Shown here piece after piece: positions 44,930 through 58,826 of a stretch of DNA of 64,000 nt; position 1 is the first letter of the stretch; each line of letters starts with the position of its first letter. Source of the DNA: Klebsormidium nitens (lineage: Eukaryota; Plantae; Klebsormidiophyceae); the NCBI GenBank assembly GCA_000708835.1, contig DF237118.1:62001-126000 (forward strand), in the 5' to 3' direction. The translations under genes were made by a program, and so were the position numbers. Below the pieces are notes generated by a model, which was given only the letters and a program-made list of their open reading frames with translations, was not told the origin of the DNA and searched no databases.

Positions 44930-47900
44930 ATGCAAGCTGCAACTATCGGGGCGCCTTCAAGTGCAGGCGAACCGGCTCCCCATCGTCCATCATCACCCTC
45001 AGATGTGCCCCATGTCTTGCATTTTGTCTTCTCATTGGTCAGCGCAAGAGACCGCTGCGCTGCTGCATGCGTCTGCAAAGAATGGAGGTCGATTGTGTAC
45101 CACCCGTCTCTGTGGAAGGTACGTTGCAGAAGATGCATTTGTATAGTTGCAAACACGCGTCGTCATGGGAGGAAATTTTGACGTATGTTGGCCCCCAGTA
45201 TCTGATGCTTTCAAGGGGGCAGGGCAAAGCAATCAGCAGGTCATTCTTAAAACTTTGGTTGGTTGCGTTCTCCATGCCTCATTGATTGCGTCAACCTTGC
45301 GTGCGCACTAGCTTTGCACATGCGCTGTGGCCCCCAATTTGATCTCGTGTGTGTGCAGAGCCTTGATCTGCAAGGGAAGCGGAATGGGGGCACCGTTTCA
45401 AACGCAGTGACCAGTCAGGTCAGTAGAATGGTTAACAACTCTTCCACCCCTCAAGAGTTTGGCACCTTGTGTGAAGAAAGTAGTGTCCAGCCCATAGCAA
45501 TTATCTAGTTGCATATAGAAGGCGGGTTTGAAGGCTGTTCGTAGGCCCAGATAGCCTCAAAGTCTGTAATGAGCAAAGCGGACCACCAGCTTGTGCTGAA
45601 TTTAGGACCTATGGTTGAGTATCTCATCGGCAATCTGCTACATGAGTAGTCATCAGTCACTGAAGGAGCCGGTCCTTTGTGCCCTCACACAAATCCCAGA
45701 AGAGGGCTCCTCAATGATAAGTTGCTCATCTTTGCATCCAACTGTATGACTCTCCTCAGATGCTAGAAGACTCGTTGATATCTTACTGTAAACAAAGGGT
45801 TGAAGAAAGCATTCCGGTTAAAGTCTGAATATGTTGGCGCGCGAAAGGGTACAAAAAGGAGCTTACCAGAGTACACATCCAAACTTATGCTTCTGCACTG
45901 GCAGCGCCGCTTTCGCGACCTGGAGGATCTGAACCTGGAGTTTGCTCAAGGGGTGGAGGACGAGCATCTTCTGAGTCTCTCTGGTCATGTGAGCCTTTGG
46001 CCAGTACGTGGCCGTCATCCCGCCAGTTGAAACTTGTTGTGGTTTGATGCCATCGAATCCAGTCTACTCACTGCAGATGTCGACCTGAAACAAGCACACA
46101 ACATTCTTTTGAGGTGCTCGATTTGAAAGCACCGTGTTTCTAGCTTCTGAAGAATACCGTCTTTGCCAGATTCAGCGGGATGAGCTTTGGCAGGCTACTG
46201 ATACCCAGCAGTGTCCGCTTTTTGAGAAGTTGCATAGTGGTAGTTTCACCTGCACTTCTCACGGTCTGGACCAAATGGAAACTAGCTGGGCTTTTCTGGC
46301 AATGATTAAATAAGCATCACAGGAATTAGGTCGCTGAAGAGAAGACATGGAGAATCATGGATATTGAACTTTGATCTGCAGTCGCGAAAGTAGTTTCCAG
46401 CTAGATTGCTTTTGAAGGTCGTTTACCTGGTTCAAGAGGTTTTATCGGCACCGCAAGTCCATTGAATTTCAGAAGGGAACGGTCATCAACTATGGCATTT
46501 TGTCTACCCAACTGGCGAGCGGAGCGTACGGGGAAAGTTCTATTCGTACGGGGAAAGTTCTATTGATCTATCTCGTTTCTGTGCAGTCTTTCCGGAGGCT
46601 GAATCTGAACGCTTGCCAGAAGGTAACAGATCAAGGAATAAGCGGGCTGGTCTCCGCATCTCCGCAGCTGGAGGCACTCTCTGTATACTGGAATCTGAAG
46701 TAAGCCGTCCTAGCCCACCTTCCGTCACACCTGGAAAGCGTCTACCATATCGAAGCCTTCACCTTCTTGGAAGCTGAGCTCTTCATTGAGTCTGCTCCTT
46801 GAAGTCAAAATTGCGAGGGTCGTGACTGCTTTACTGTTCTCTTTTGTTTTTTCGAAGCTCCTGCCCTGATGCAATCTTCGCTTCTAGGTTTCTAGGACGC
46901 ACAAATTTATTGGTGCCCGTCTGTTTCGGTCAGATCCTGAGTTCAGCGGCTGAATGTTCAGGAACTAATTTATGCTGCATTTCCCTTCGAAATGATATGA
47001 CGAAACGGTTCAGCTTTTCAATCTTTTGAGCCAGTTGAACGAGTAATTCTGCGAATTTTCTTGAGACCCGGCAAAGGAGCAACCCTTTGCGCAGGTTCGT
47101 GCTATTTGTCGTCTTGGAATGCCGTCGTTTGAACGCTAAAGCTGGCTCCACTCCTGATGTTGTAGACTGTTTATACTACTGCTTTTGCTTCTCGGCAACT
47201 TCATGAATGAAGAAGACCAGATGTAATGATCTGAGACAAACTTGGAATGTTTCTTTGCAGAGTCACGGATGCGTCGATGCTTGAGGTGGCTCGCAGCTGT
47301 CCAGACCTCACCTTTTTGAACATCAGCGGATGCAAGGCGAGTAAAATTGAGAGTGACTAAAACGCTTCTTTTCGCCCTCATGCGAATCATGGACGTTAAG
47401 GCCTTCTATTGTGGTGGATTAAAAAAACGCTGGATACCAATGCCACTGGCGACTTTCGTTGTGGCGTCTAAGTGCGTCAAAAGATCCTCTTGACACTACG
47501 AGAAGACGTTTTCCTACAAGAGACGAACGTGTCATTCGCTCTTAGTAAAACGTGTCAGAATCTGGTTGCGCCACGTAAACGTTCCGACTCGAAAAGTCTC
47601 AAGAAACCTTGTTGCTGCCACAGTCCCTGTTGTAAACGGGCGCAGATGGTGCAGCAGTCTTGTAACGTCTCCCCAAGAGTATTTTCGACTTTCAATCAGT
47701 CCACGCGACGTTTGATCTGGGACGCAATACTGCAACGTGCGACTGATTCCCAAACGGAGTTTTTACACTCGTACAGAAGATAACCGATGTTGGCGTGAAG
47801 GCAGTTGCGCGGGCCTGTCCTCGATTGCAGACCTTCAATCTCACAAGGTACCACCATCTCGATCAACCTCATTTGTCCAAAGTGTTCGTTAGTTTGTTGG

Positions 47901-50794
47901 TTCGTCTGGTCGATTGTTAGAACGTTAAAAGATGAAAATGGGCTATTCGACTGCAGTTCGTCTTCTTGATTTACGATTCAATCAGTCTCTCGGGGGTCGT
48001 CGGATGCTTTCAGCCAGCCTTGCGGGGCCTACTTTGTGAATCTTTAAAACGTAATATTTGTGGCAGGCCGCAACATGGGGCTTCTGTTGGAAGGATTCGC
48101 TTCAGACTAAGAAGACAATCTAGGGGCCCGAACATTTCTCCAACTTGCAGCATCCTGTCCTGATTACGAAAGATTATTTAGTTTACTCCTGTAAGTTTGA
48201 ACTCTTCACATGGCGCTTGGCCATGCGATCGTTTCTGCAAACTGCTATCGTTTCCCCATGGTGGCGTTAATTGACAACGTTTTCTGGCGACCTAACAGAC
48301 TCCGATGCTCGCAGAGTGGTCGCCATGACGGACGACGGCCTCTTAGAGGTGCTGCGCCATTCCGGGCAGCTACAAGAGCTCTACCTTTACGCCCTTTCCA
48401 GGTAGGCTCGCCTGCTCTGACGAGCTTTGCTGCCGTACATTTACTCATTTGTAACGGCCTACCAATCTTCTGTACTCCCATTCCCACCCGTGTTGCATTC
48501 GTTCGGAGGAGGAGCTAGAGCTCGAGATATAGTTGGCCCGTTATTGCACTGGTCGGCTCGGACTGATCTCATGCCGAAATAGAAAGAGACGTCAGGTGTT
48601 GATTTGGGGCAAACAAGTACGGCAGGTACAGCTCTTTGCAAATCGTTCACGTGAATTGAATGCTTGCTGCATGAAGATCTACTCTGAGATCCTCTGTGGA
48701 ACTCAAAAGTCGTCAACGCTCCTCGTGCTCGTGTTTCTGTGACCCTCATAGCTGAAAACGAAGACAGCTACCAGTTTATCCATGATCAGCTTCGCCCTCG
48801 ATCCTCCCTCCCGGTCTTGCAGTCTGACGGATCGGTCCTATTTAGAAACGCACCGGTTGCCTCACCTGCGGCTGCTTGACCTCTGCGGCGCCGCGGTAAG
48901 AGCCTCCACTTGCACAACACGATCTTGAGGAAAGTCCGACGCTTCCATTCTGAACGTTGCTCAAACGGAGTGCTATGGGATCTGCACCGTAGCTACCGTT
49001 GAAACGCAGACAGCCTGCATAAGTTTGGGAAGCTGCTGTGAACCTTACGAAGTTCTTAATCACGAGGCCCCACGACGCTACTAACGGAGCACGCAAGGCT
49101 TTTTTTTGAGCTCGCGGACCTTTATGCGAAGCACTGCCCAACCACAGCCTGTTGGAGCAGGCGTGCTGCATTTCAAATGATTCAGGTTCGGCCAGCTTGG
49201 GTAGTTCTTCCAAAAGCGACCTGCGTTGCAAGCCTTTGGCCTTGCAGCCGCATTGAGCGGTCACCTCCAATGCAAGATAGTCCTTACAAAAGCAGAAGAC
49301 GTGAGACTCAGCATATTCATTCACGGTCGTCCGCAGAACCTTTCGGACGAGGGCGCTGCGTCCGTGGCTCAGTGTCACGAGCTGACGACACTGAACCTAA
49401 CCTGGTGAGCCGTGACGAATGCTCTCGGTTGCACCCATTGCTCCATGGCTGGTGCGTTATGCAGGTGGACAGCAAGAGCATGTGATAGTGAACGAAGCTG
49501 ACCGGAGCGTCGACCTTGGGTTCCTTATTAGAGCAGCCGTTTGCATTCCGGGATTGAACAGCGCCGTTGAGGCTCGGACCCTGGATCGGAGTGCTGCAGA
49601 GCAAATTTCGAGGCCACAAAACAAGCTGCCAGTATTCCTTAGCCGTGGTGGCCTCGTCGTTGGATACCGAGCAGAAAAATCATTGCCGGCTCCCCGTCCC
49701 TGGTTCACACGATGAGAACCATTTTGCGAGCGCACCCCGCCTCAAAAAGCCTATCCCCCGCAGTGCAGGTGCGTGCGGTTGATGGACCGCGGACTGTCCG
49801 CCATCGCACACGGCTGTCCAAAGCTCGAGTCGCTCAGGTGAGTTGCTGTACTCCTCATTTCATCCTTTCCTTGAAGCACCGCAGCCTTATGCATTTCAAC
49901 TGATGGATTGACGAAGCTGCAATTGTGCCCTTGGTCCGTTGTCCGTAAGACGTGTCTCCCCCTTTTTGCCTGGGTTACTTTTTCGCACGCCGTGAGAGCG
50001 AAGCCGAACGGTTATGGTGCAAGACGAGCCGCATCAACCATGGAAAATTAGGTCGTAGTTTGGCAAGCAGGTTTCAAAGAAGCTAATGGCCTCGGGTTGA
50101 GTCCATGGTTTTACCGACCAGATATTCCTTAATCGAGGTTTTCAAGGACCAACTAAGGATGATTGTCTGGTTTTCCCGCATACTACCTCATCTACCATAA
50201 GCAATTCTAGCTACGAGTAATACCGTCCCTTGAGAAAAGAAAGGACTTTGTAGGACAGCTCAAAGAGCCAAAAGTGACATCCTTCGGACGTCCTTTTGCA
50301 GTTTGTACGGCATCCTCGGGATCACGGACAAAGCCGTCGAAGAGCTCGCTCATCACTGCAGCGGAACGCTCCACACGCTGGACGTGAATGGTTGCGTCAA
50401 CGTCAAGGTGGGCCGCTCACGTCAGCACATTTCGAGGAGCTTTTCCTAAGAGGGCAATCGTTACAGTTGCGTCAGAAAGGATATGACGAGTACGATCTGC
50501 TGGTATGATCTGCGCCTTAGTCCTTCGAAAAAGGTCGCTCTTCACGTGCACGCGGTTGCCTCAGTGGCCCGGGGCTAGGCAAGGTTCCTTGAGATTGGAG
50601 AATTTGTTTCAGAGTCCCTTATCAACAGATTTCAGTGGACTGCTCCTCCTCCTTCCGGCCAAGTTACCGAAGCTCGGTCGCAGCTTTCGGAGCTCTTCTA
50701 ATGTTTCCTCCTTCCTTTGTTGGCGCAGCGGAGATCTAAGGAGGACTTACTGCAACTCTTCCCTCTCCTTACGTGCTTCCTGGTCCATAGCTGA
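44930..50794 (+). CDS. F-box/leucine-rich-repeat protein (FBXL/AMN1-type LRRs)
   Basis: Exons 44930-45118, 45359-45418, 45905-45988, 46587-46699, 47261-47336, 47777-47847, 48315-48401, 48823-48895, 49337-49404, 49769-49837, 50302-50407 and 50729-50794, all phases consistent. N-terminal F-box VPHVLHFVFSLVSARDR...ACVCKEW, repeated LxxLNLxxCxxITDxG units, and C-terminal RSKEDLLQLFPLLTCFLVHS. Confidence 0.92.
47337..47776 (+). other. Non-canonical GC-AG intron in the F-box/LRR gene
   Basis: AAG|GCGAGT donor. Only this donor keeps frame (LNISGCK/KITDVG); read-through hits TAA and the nearby GT gives the wrong phase. Confidence 0.8.
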
Positions 50795-50984
50795 CGCCCT
50801 TCTTAAAGAGGTGCAGAAGCACTAGGTTTCGGGCAGAGCAAACTAGTAGCCGGGCCGGGTATCAGTAGCCTAAGCTCCTACTGAAGAATAACCAACTACG
50901 ACCATCGAGAAGTCAAATCAGTCGCCGAGAAGTGCGCGAAACAACTGACCCCCCAGACGGACATTCAACTTAGACTTGTATGCG

Positions 50985-51300
50985 TTGTGCATGATCTTTG
51001 CGACTCCACCTGAGGCACTATGCAGCATGACATCATACGATCTTGTCGGATGCTGCACGGATGAGCTACGATGCTCGAGACCCTGCATCAATCTACTGCG
51101 TACCAGCGGCTGCATGCAGGGTGCGCTATAACCACTTGCAAATATCCATAATGTATACAGCTTCTATAAGGATCGATCACATGTGCATGCTCAGTGAAGG
51201 CGATAGTACTGAGAGACCAAGTGAGCAATGATGGTGCCCGCACGAAAGATTTGTAGATTGAATAGAATTGTGGTCGAGTGACAGCATGATCGAGTTTGAT
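50985..51300. repeat. CATG/TGCA/GATC-dense tract between convergent F-box and MDAR 3' ends
   Basis: Multiple CATG, TGCA and GATC; CACATGTGCATGC at 51178-51190. Confidence 0.5.
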
Positions 51301-51800
51301 CCGCGCGCGTCAGTACCGTATTGGGCCCGCCCTTGCGTCGATCCATTGTTCCATAACATTGGACTCTGGATCGATCTAACATGTGGGCCGTCAAACTATA
51401 GATCGTTTTTGACATCATTAACTTCGCTGAGTACCGTCTTCTTTCAATCAAGTTTCAATGCTATTTTTGAGAGTACTCGGTCTCAAAATTCAATTGTTCC
51501 AGTGCGGTCTTTGAAAGTACGTGGTCTCAAAAAATCCTACTTCACATGAAATGAACTCGTGCGTGCCTCTAAGTTCATTGTGTCTTACTGTACATTGCAC
51601 ATATTGAGTTCAGCGCTCGCTGGCTTTCTATTTCAATATAATCCTCGGGAGAGGTGCGCACTGCTTTCTTTGATCCGAATCCACCAATCTGATTAATGAG
51701 CGAACCACCAAATCCTACAACATCCAACGCAGAAAGAATTCCTATACTAAGCCCGGTCTGACTTCCTCCGTGCATTCAACACGTAATGCTACCCGATCGA

Positions 51801-54800
51801 TCAGACGGACATCGCTTTCTTAACAGTCTCCAGGGCTTTTTCAACGGTGTCGGCCTTCTTGAGCTCGTCGATGTCGATCTTCGGGCGCATCCGCGCAATC
51901 TCCGGCAGCAACTTGAACTCCTGCAAGTCGTGGAAACGGACCATCGGTTTATGCCTGAAGCATATGTCGGCTGACTGGACATTCTGGGTGGCTTTATTAC
52001 AACGCTACCAAAGGTGGTTTTACAACGGGCTTCTTGAAACCTGGCCGCCTCATTCAAGTGCGATCTGCACTGTTGCAAACTCGAGCCGTTTCATCCTCTA
52101 CTCGAGGACTGAGAAGCTGCGGTCGGCTCATATCGAGCTTTCATGAGACGGCCACGCTTGCAGAAACGAGCAAGTTTTCAGGGCTGAGAAGCATCCCGGA
52201 CAATTCCAGGGGCCACAGACTTGTCATAAAACTGACAGCATGTTTGCTGTGCCTGCGTTGCAGAATTCTGCTGCCCACATTCATGGTTAGAGTTCGGCGG
52301 AAAAGGAATTGAATAGATCCATGCTTGCAGCAAGGCCTCACCTCGGGAGCCCCACTCTCCAAAAAGACGCCCTTCAGTGTGCCTGCAATGATGAAATCTG
52401 TCAAATTGGTATTCCGAAATTAGGGGCCCCGGCATCTCAATATGCGCAGAAAGTAGAAAACGGACAGAGTCAATCCAAGCGACAATAACACCAGCAAACC
52501 TACTTAGTCAACGTGATTTGGACGTCAAACATTCTGAATTAGGGTTAGAGATAGCAGCCTCTCCTTCTGCCGTACTGATGACGCAAATGCAAATACTGAG
52601 CCAGGCTGTCGCAATTATAACAGGCACGCGCAAGTAAGAAGACAACGCTTTAAAACCTTTCCAAGACAAGCACCGTAGACTTGGATGAGGATGATCATTG
52701 GGTAATCAGTGATAACGAAGTCGGCGCGAGAGTTTACCTTCGTCGACCCAAAAGGCCGCCAGCTTTGGGTCAAAGTCTCCCACGTCAACGACCTCCCCCT
52801 CTGCGCGACAGGAGAGTCCAAACTTTTCTGACTATCATATCTCAAAGGTTGTAGAAACTTGCGAGAGTCCAGATTAAGTTCGACGTCTCAAAGTAGAAGC
52901 AACTTTGAAAGTGAACCGAGAATTCAAAACGACTGACAACGTTGTCACTCTCAAAGCGTCGCAAATCCGAACTCATGCACAACAGCACATTAATGCTAGC
53001 TTTTACGACTGTGATCTTCGAGCTCGGCAAACCCCGCGAACGCTTATGGTTCCTCTTTCTCCTTTCCACTACCCTTAGCAAAGCTGCAGGGGCGTCAACC
53101 GATACACGCAGACGAAACGCCACGAATCCTCATACTCCCTGGGAGTCAACGTTCGGACACATTGGCCCCAAATTGCGGGGCACTATTTATGAAAGACGGC
53201 CACCCCACTCAGAGAAAGACGGGCAAGAACTCTGTTTCCAACTTACTGTTCTCGCCGTAAAACTGCCACCAGACCTTCCGTGCCGTTCCGGGATGCTCGA
53301 ACACGCGGGAGTAGAAGTAGGGCAGGTAGTCGTACCTGGGAAGTAAGTTGCCGGGAAGCTTCAGCCGCCGATGTAGTCCGGGAACGTTCAACTGGGCGGT
53401 TCATGACGTGGCTAATCAGAAGGCGCTGCTAGTTCCCGGAGAGGGAGCAAGCTCACAGGATGGTGCTATTGTCTAGAGCGCGTCTTTTGTGCTAAATTCC
53501 AAACCGTTTCTACTACAAAAGTAAAGCAATCCGATCGAAGAGGCTGAGCGAGCCTTCGTGAAAGACAACTTTTTATCAGCCCCTTTTTTTGTCGGCGTGA
53601 TCCACAACTTCGGTGCCATTAAAGAGGGCGTCCCGTGACCCGTCACGCCTCGGCGACCATGTACCGCAGAAATGGGGCATACTGGTCGCTCGGGACAAAT
53701 TCCAAGATGCACTTTAGTCCGTCCGATGAGGATTCCCCTAAGGACTCAGATGCCACTAGTGCGCATTGAAATCTGACGCCCTCTTTAACCCTCTGCGAGC
53801 GATCGTTTGACGAGCGGTGTGCAGGTTGATTGTTGCCTTGAGTCCATGTGCTTAGAAAGCTTCTTTACCCGTTGACTTGCGAATTGGGCGGCTTACCCTT
53901 CGCCGCTGCCGTCTAGGATCGCCTTCACAACGTGCGCCGCCGACTTCCTGGCGTGATCAACATGCTCGACGCGCGACGTTGAGCCCAGAATCTGCACGGC
54001 AGCAAGACGCGTCCATCAGTACTTCGGTCGTTCGAGAAGAGCCTTGGTTCCCTGGTTGATGACACTCTATAAGCACACTGTTTTCCTGCAATTGGAACTT
54101 TGTTCGCAGCCTTTGACCTTTCCCATGGGACGGCATGTCTCTCGATCGCGCTCAAATGAAAGAGGGAATGCCTAAGGGCCTAAGCGGTTCGCTCGATTCA
54201 GAATTTTATGCAGAATAAGTGCCCTCACGAGTTGATAGTCCCTCGCTTAAGGCAAACTTTGACGTGGAACATTAGTCCGAAACTCTCACGACACTTTTTT
54301 TCATCTTTGCGCGAAGCCCCGATATGCTGAAGTGTTGAACAGGTCAAATCAGGACTCCGTCAACTAGACCTAGCCAAATCTTTGACAGGAAAGAAAGGAA
54401 GACGGCAGCGCCCCCGTCTGACGGACCTCAAACACTCGATCGATGTGTACGGAAGACATGAGCAAGGCCTGAAGCAATCGTGTGAAACGAGACACCGCTC
54501 TTCTGCGGTTGCTTTCCCGCAGATTATTAGTCCATCTTTTCGCTACCAAGACCAAAGAACTCTCCGACTCGTTCTAGGTAGCCAAACTGCCATACTTGAT
54601 GCTTTCGGCTGCAGGAAGTATGTGAGAGAGTAGGGGTTTTGTGGCTTAAGTAATAGAGAACGCGAACCGGTCCAAGGCTTACTTTGATTGGAAACGCGGC
54701 CGTGTCTCCAATAGCGTATACGTCTGGATTGCTGGACTGCAGCTGGTCATTCACCTGCAGCAGAAGCTTATCATTCGGCAGCGCTTTTGGCTGACATGCG

Positions 54801-57800
54801 GGTTATGATGCAGATCAAAATGTTCGTTCCTATGAGCCGGCCAGAATAACACAGGTTGGCGTATAAGTTGACTTGAACGGTTTTCCTAAAATCTCTTCAC
54901 GATACAACCCATTCTGTTGCTGACACTCCTGTGGAATGTCCAAGTTCATGTGATGTAACTCGGCGCTCTGCGCTATGCTCGACGCCTATCTCAGACAAAA
55001 CCAAAACAGAAGCGACGGTTCCGGTATTGAAACATCTTCCGCTTACCTTGATCCCCTTGGCTTCTTCGTCCAATCCCGCGTCCAGAAACAGCTGCACCGC
55101 AGGTTTAGCGCCGACGCCCACTACTATCTGCGACACGAGTACCGAAATCAGCACGTTGATATGAGGAGCTGCTCCGGAAAGCCCCCGGCTTGACTCCCGT
55201 TCAGCATCTCTTTCCGTATCTGGATCCTCATACAGCCAATACTTTCCCATCAGCCAGACGGAGCTCAAGTGGGCACCCACTCTCCGGCAGACCCTACATG
55301 TAGATCATAACCCCTTCGCTTTTTTCGTGACTTAGCAAAGTCCAGGCTCCAAGGCTCGACCGTTCATTTGCAGTCTCCGACTACATTTCTCACGAAACGG
55401 GAGGCATTGAGCTTGTGCAAAGAACTTCGTTGGCAGTAGATGGCGAGCCCTTACTCACCAAATCTGCGTCGTACTCTTGCTTGTTGGATGCAATCGCTTT
55501 TGCGACCCTCCCATCGGGCCCCGCCTCGAAACGCTCAACGCTGGCACCCTGCAAGAGAAAGAAACACAAATCTACGATCATAAAGTACTCGGTCGGGCTC
55601 ATTGACCGCGAGAAGTCGTTTGAGCCCCAGCATCAGTGGACGTAGCAATGCAGCTGTCAAGTCCTCCAAGGCTGGTGCGTCAGCAAGAGCTGTTGGATCA
55701 GGAAAGATATTCGGCGAGTTGTTGGGTTATGAGGAACTAGGAATTATGAGGTGCCATGTCATTGATATTAATAAGCTTCTTTGTCGTACAAGTGACGTCT
55801 CGCTAATCTTCGGGCTTTGTCAGCAATATCCGGAGCGCCTTTGCCGCCTAGCTTACCGTCACGAAGTTGGCGCCGAGGCTCTCGTAGAGCTTGTGGTAGT
55901 GCGCAGCGATGCCTGGGGTAAACAACCGGGGCATGAAGTGGGGCTCCGGGAAGATCAACTGCGAATTGACAGGACGTCAGCAGCAGCAGGGATGCATCCT
56001 TGTGTAACGTCAAGTCTGGTTGACTATCATTTTCAGCTTCCAGTTCTAGTCTAGCGGATAGCTTTGATCAAAGTGCAAGCGACAAGAAGTAGGTTTCAAG
56101 GGGAACTTGTCTACACGCAACCTTAAGATCAGACCTTGTATCAGAAAGTCGAAAGCTGTGCAGATGATCCTCCATTGAGAGTCCCGTTGACAATCTTTTC
56201 TGCGGAAGAGTGTGGATCGGAACGGTGAAACGCACCGTTACGTCCAGACCCCATGCGAGAGCCGCTGCCGACACCTCCATACCGATGTAGCCCCCTCCGA
56301 TAACTACAACTTTCTTCGCGTTTTGCTGTGGAAAGACAAAGTAAAGTGTCGAAAGAGGATTCGACGTAGACTATCTGGCAGTTCCTACAGGAACGGCCTT
56401 CTAACGCGCACCGAAAAGAAGCTTCGACTCCCTCTCCGTTCAAGAACCGGCATGCAAACGCGTTGATCTTCCGCGTCCTTCTTTCGTGGAGTTCGCTCGA
56501 AGATTCACGCGGTGCACAATGTCAATCTTCTATGCACAATTCTCCACAGTTCTCATAAAGTAAAGAGCGGAGGCGAGAATGCCAAGGCGGGAACCTTACA
56601 AAGTCTTTCACAAGCCCGTCCGCATCAGCGACGTTCCTTATGTAGTTGACGCCCGGAAGCGCCCCGCCAATCTTTTCGGGCAATCTGTCAAAGTGGAAAG
56701 CCGCAAAGCCTGAGTCAGTGTCGTCATAAAAGACACTAACGAAGCTCCAGCTTGCTGCAGGCAATCTGGACAGCGGACAGCACCAACCCGTCTCAATCAA
56801 TTGCGTCCGCTCAAGCAGTACAAAGTTTGACGTAGACTGCACAATCTCGACTCGACCATGAATTAGCGGGCAACCTGACGATGCGGGGAAGCCTCAGTTT
56901 GTGCAGAAAGCCTCGGTGGTCACCTAGAGGCGGTGCTCCCAGTGGCAACAATGAGCTTTTTGTAAGAAAGCGTGTCACCCTTGGAGGTGGTCAGCTCCTT
57001 CTTGGATAGGTCCAAACCTGAGATGGTTGTTCCTAGCAGCAACTGCAGAAGAATGTGCTTACACGTCTGGCAACGGGGATGAGAACCTCGATGAAAGCAT
57101 GCTATGAAGACTGCGTGCATAAGATTCAGCAACGAGCGAAGTCAAAGGAGTAACCAAGGTCCTTCGCACTAATATGATCCACTAAATATCCACGAAATAT
57201 CTAGTGGATATTTCGTGATCCACTAGAGTCTTTGAGATCATATCGGTCAGGCTCAGAGCTCCAATTTTACTGGCTGAGGATTCCGGCTGATTCCATCAGC
57301 ACTGAGGGACTGGGGTGCTTATTTGTTGCAGATCTTTGCAGTGTGATAAAGATCAGATATGCATACCTCAATGCCCTTCTGCTCATACCACTCGGGGGTC
57401 TGCCTCTCGCCACCAGTCCCCACAGTCGTATGAAAGCCCTGGTATATACAGTGCACTCTCGTCAGCTCAATAGCCAATTGTGAACCTGATGACCTCAATC
57501 ATACGGCTACCTAGGAATATACGTCAAGTTGATAGACCAGATGATGTTGAGCTACTCCCGTCCCCTACCCTCGTCATTTGGGTGAAGCTTTTGTGCGGGC
57601 TTTTGTTCGAGAGTCTCTGCATTCCAACTTCAGATTTAACACGGCAATCAGATGACATGTGAAGTCGTTGTCTCAAGTAGGACCGAGCTTGAGCATGCTT
57701 ACAGGCTGCCTGAGACTCAGATCTCTCACAATTGGGACCAGAAACATAATGTAAGACCAGCAAAGCCATTCCCTTTCTTACCGGCAACCGTGGCGGTTTT

Positions 57801-58826
57801 GCGTCTCCCTTGATTGGGAATAGGTAGCCTTTTGAGAGGGTGGGCCGCTCATATGGAGCCACTTCCTGCCAAAGTACTTAGCGAGTCAGGGCATCACGAC
57901 TGTGGGAATTTGTAAGAATGCGACATTCCGAATTGGCGCCCTGCGACAATGCGAGGAGGGGAGTCGCGATCCAGCCCTAAACCAAAGCAATCTGCGCGTA
58001 GACATGAGGTTCTTGATCGCGCTGTTGAGATCTTCTCCATGGTATACTACTGTCATCAGCAAACTCACTTCGCTGCTGATGATGGCAAGTTTACCAGCCG
58101 CCTGATCGTTGTCCACAAAGGCTTTGGCCGCATATCCCGCAGCATTGCCACCCCCCACGATTACATACCTGCACAAGCGCCTTGCATTAGTGGTGTTACA
58201 GTCGCTTAATGTGAGCAATGAGGTCTTACTAGAGTAAAATGTGACATATGTTTGCTGGGCACTCTCGTGTATGCACCTGAGGCCGGGGTTGGCCCCGGGG
58301 GTGCCGAACTAACCCCCTCGCCGTTATATGCTTCGATGATTCTTTTCTGCAAAGGCCTGGATTTATGTCACCCTTGTTGAATTCCTGAATGGTAGGACCC
58401 CATTGACATCACTTAAGTTGGTGGTATGTGCTGATTACTGACCAGAAACACCGCACTTCAGAACTGCATGCATACTGGCAACACCCAACACAATTGCAAT
58501 CTACACTCCAGCATTTACAAACACCAAGGACCTATCTGCGTTCAAGCTCCTCAAGTCATCTGAAAGATCTATCTCAAGGGAATGTACATAGTGCTGCAGA
58601 CTCACTCTGTGTTCCTGTTCAAGGAAGAAGCAGAAACCGAAAAGGATCTTCTTCCTGACACTCGGCTCTGAAGGTGAGGTGTCAAAACGCCAGTCAGAGA
58701 GACCCCCTGAAAGGAGCTGACGCTCAGCAAAGGTGCACCAAGCTGCGAGCTCTGACGGAGAGTGAATGCAGCTTTGGGAGCCAGGTTGACCTGGCCCACC
58801 GCAGCTGAGCACCTCGCAAAGGCCAT
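51801..58826 (-). CDS. MDAR: Monodehydroascorbate reductase, chloroplastic/mitochondrial type
   Basis: 16 exons: 58826-58606, 58168-58069, 57865-57782, 57438-57367, 57042-56924, 56684-56600, 56325-56236, 55958-55857, 55548-55459, 55127-55047, 54754-54683, 53991-53897, 53335-53247, 52800-52738, 52382-52342, 51920-51801. Ser/Arg-rich transit peptide. Motifs: YVIVGGGNAAGYAA, APYERPTLSKGYL, GFHT.VG.GGERQTPEWY, VVVIGGGYIGMEV, DVYAIGD.AAFP, RVEHVDHARKSA and YDYLPYFYSRVFE. Confidence 0.97.
57175..57226. repeat. Small inverted/direct repeat knot in an MDAR intron
   Basis: Perfect 11-bp inverted repeat CACGAAATATC (57191-57201) / GATATTTCGTG (57207-57217), flanked by direct ATCCACTA copies. Confidence 0.8.

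Noticed and set aside
46525-46565. Small tandem duplication CGTACGGGGAAAGTTCTATT in an F-box intron
   Set aside because: Ordinary 20-bp slippage duplication that does not include exon sequence.
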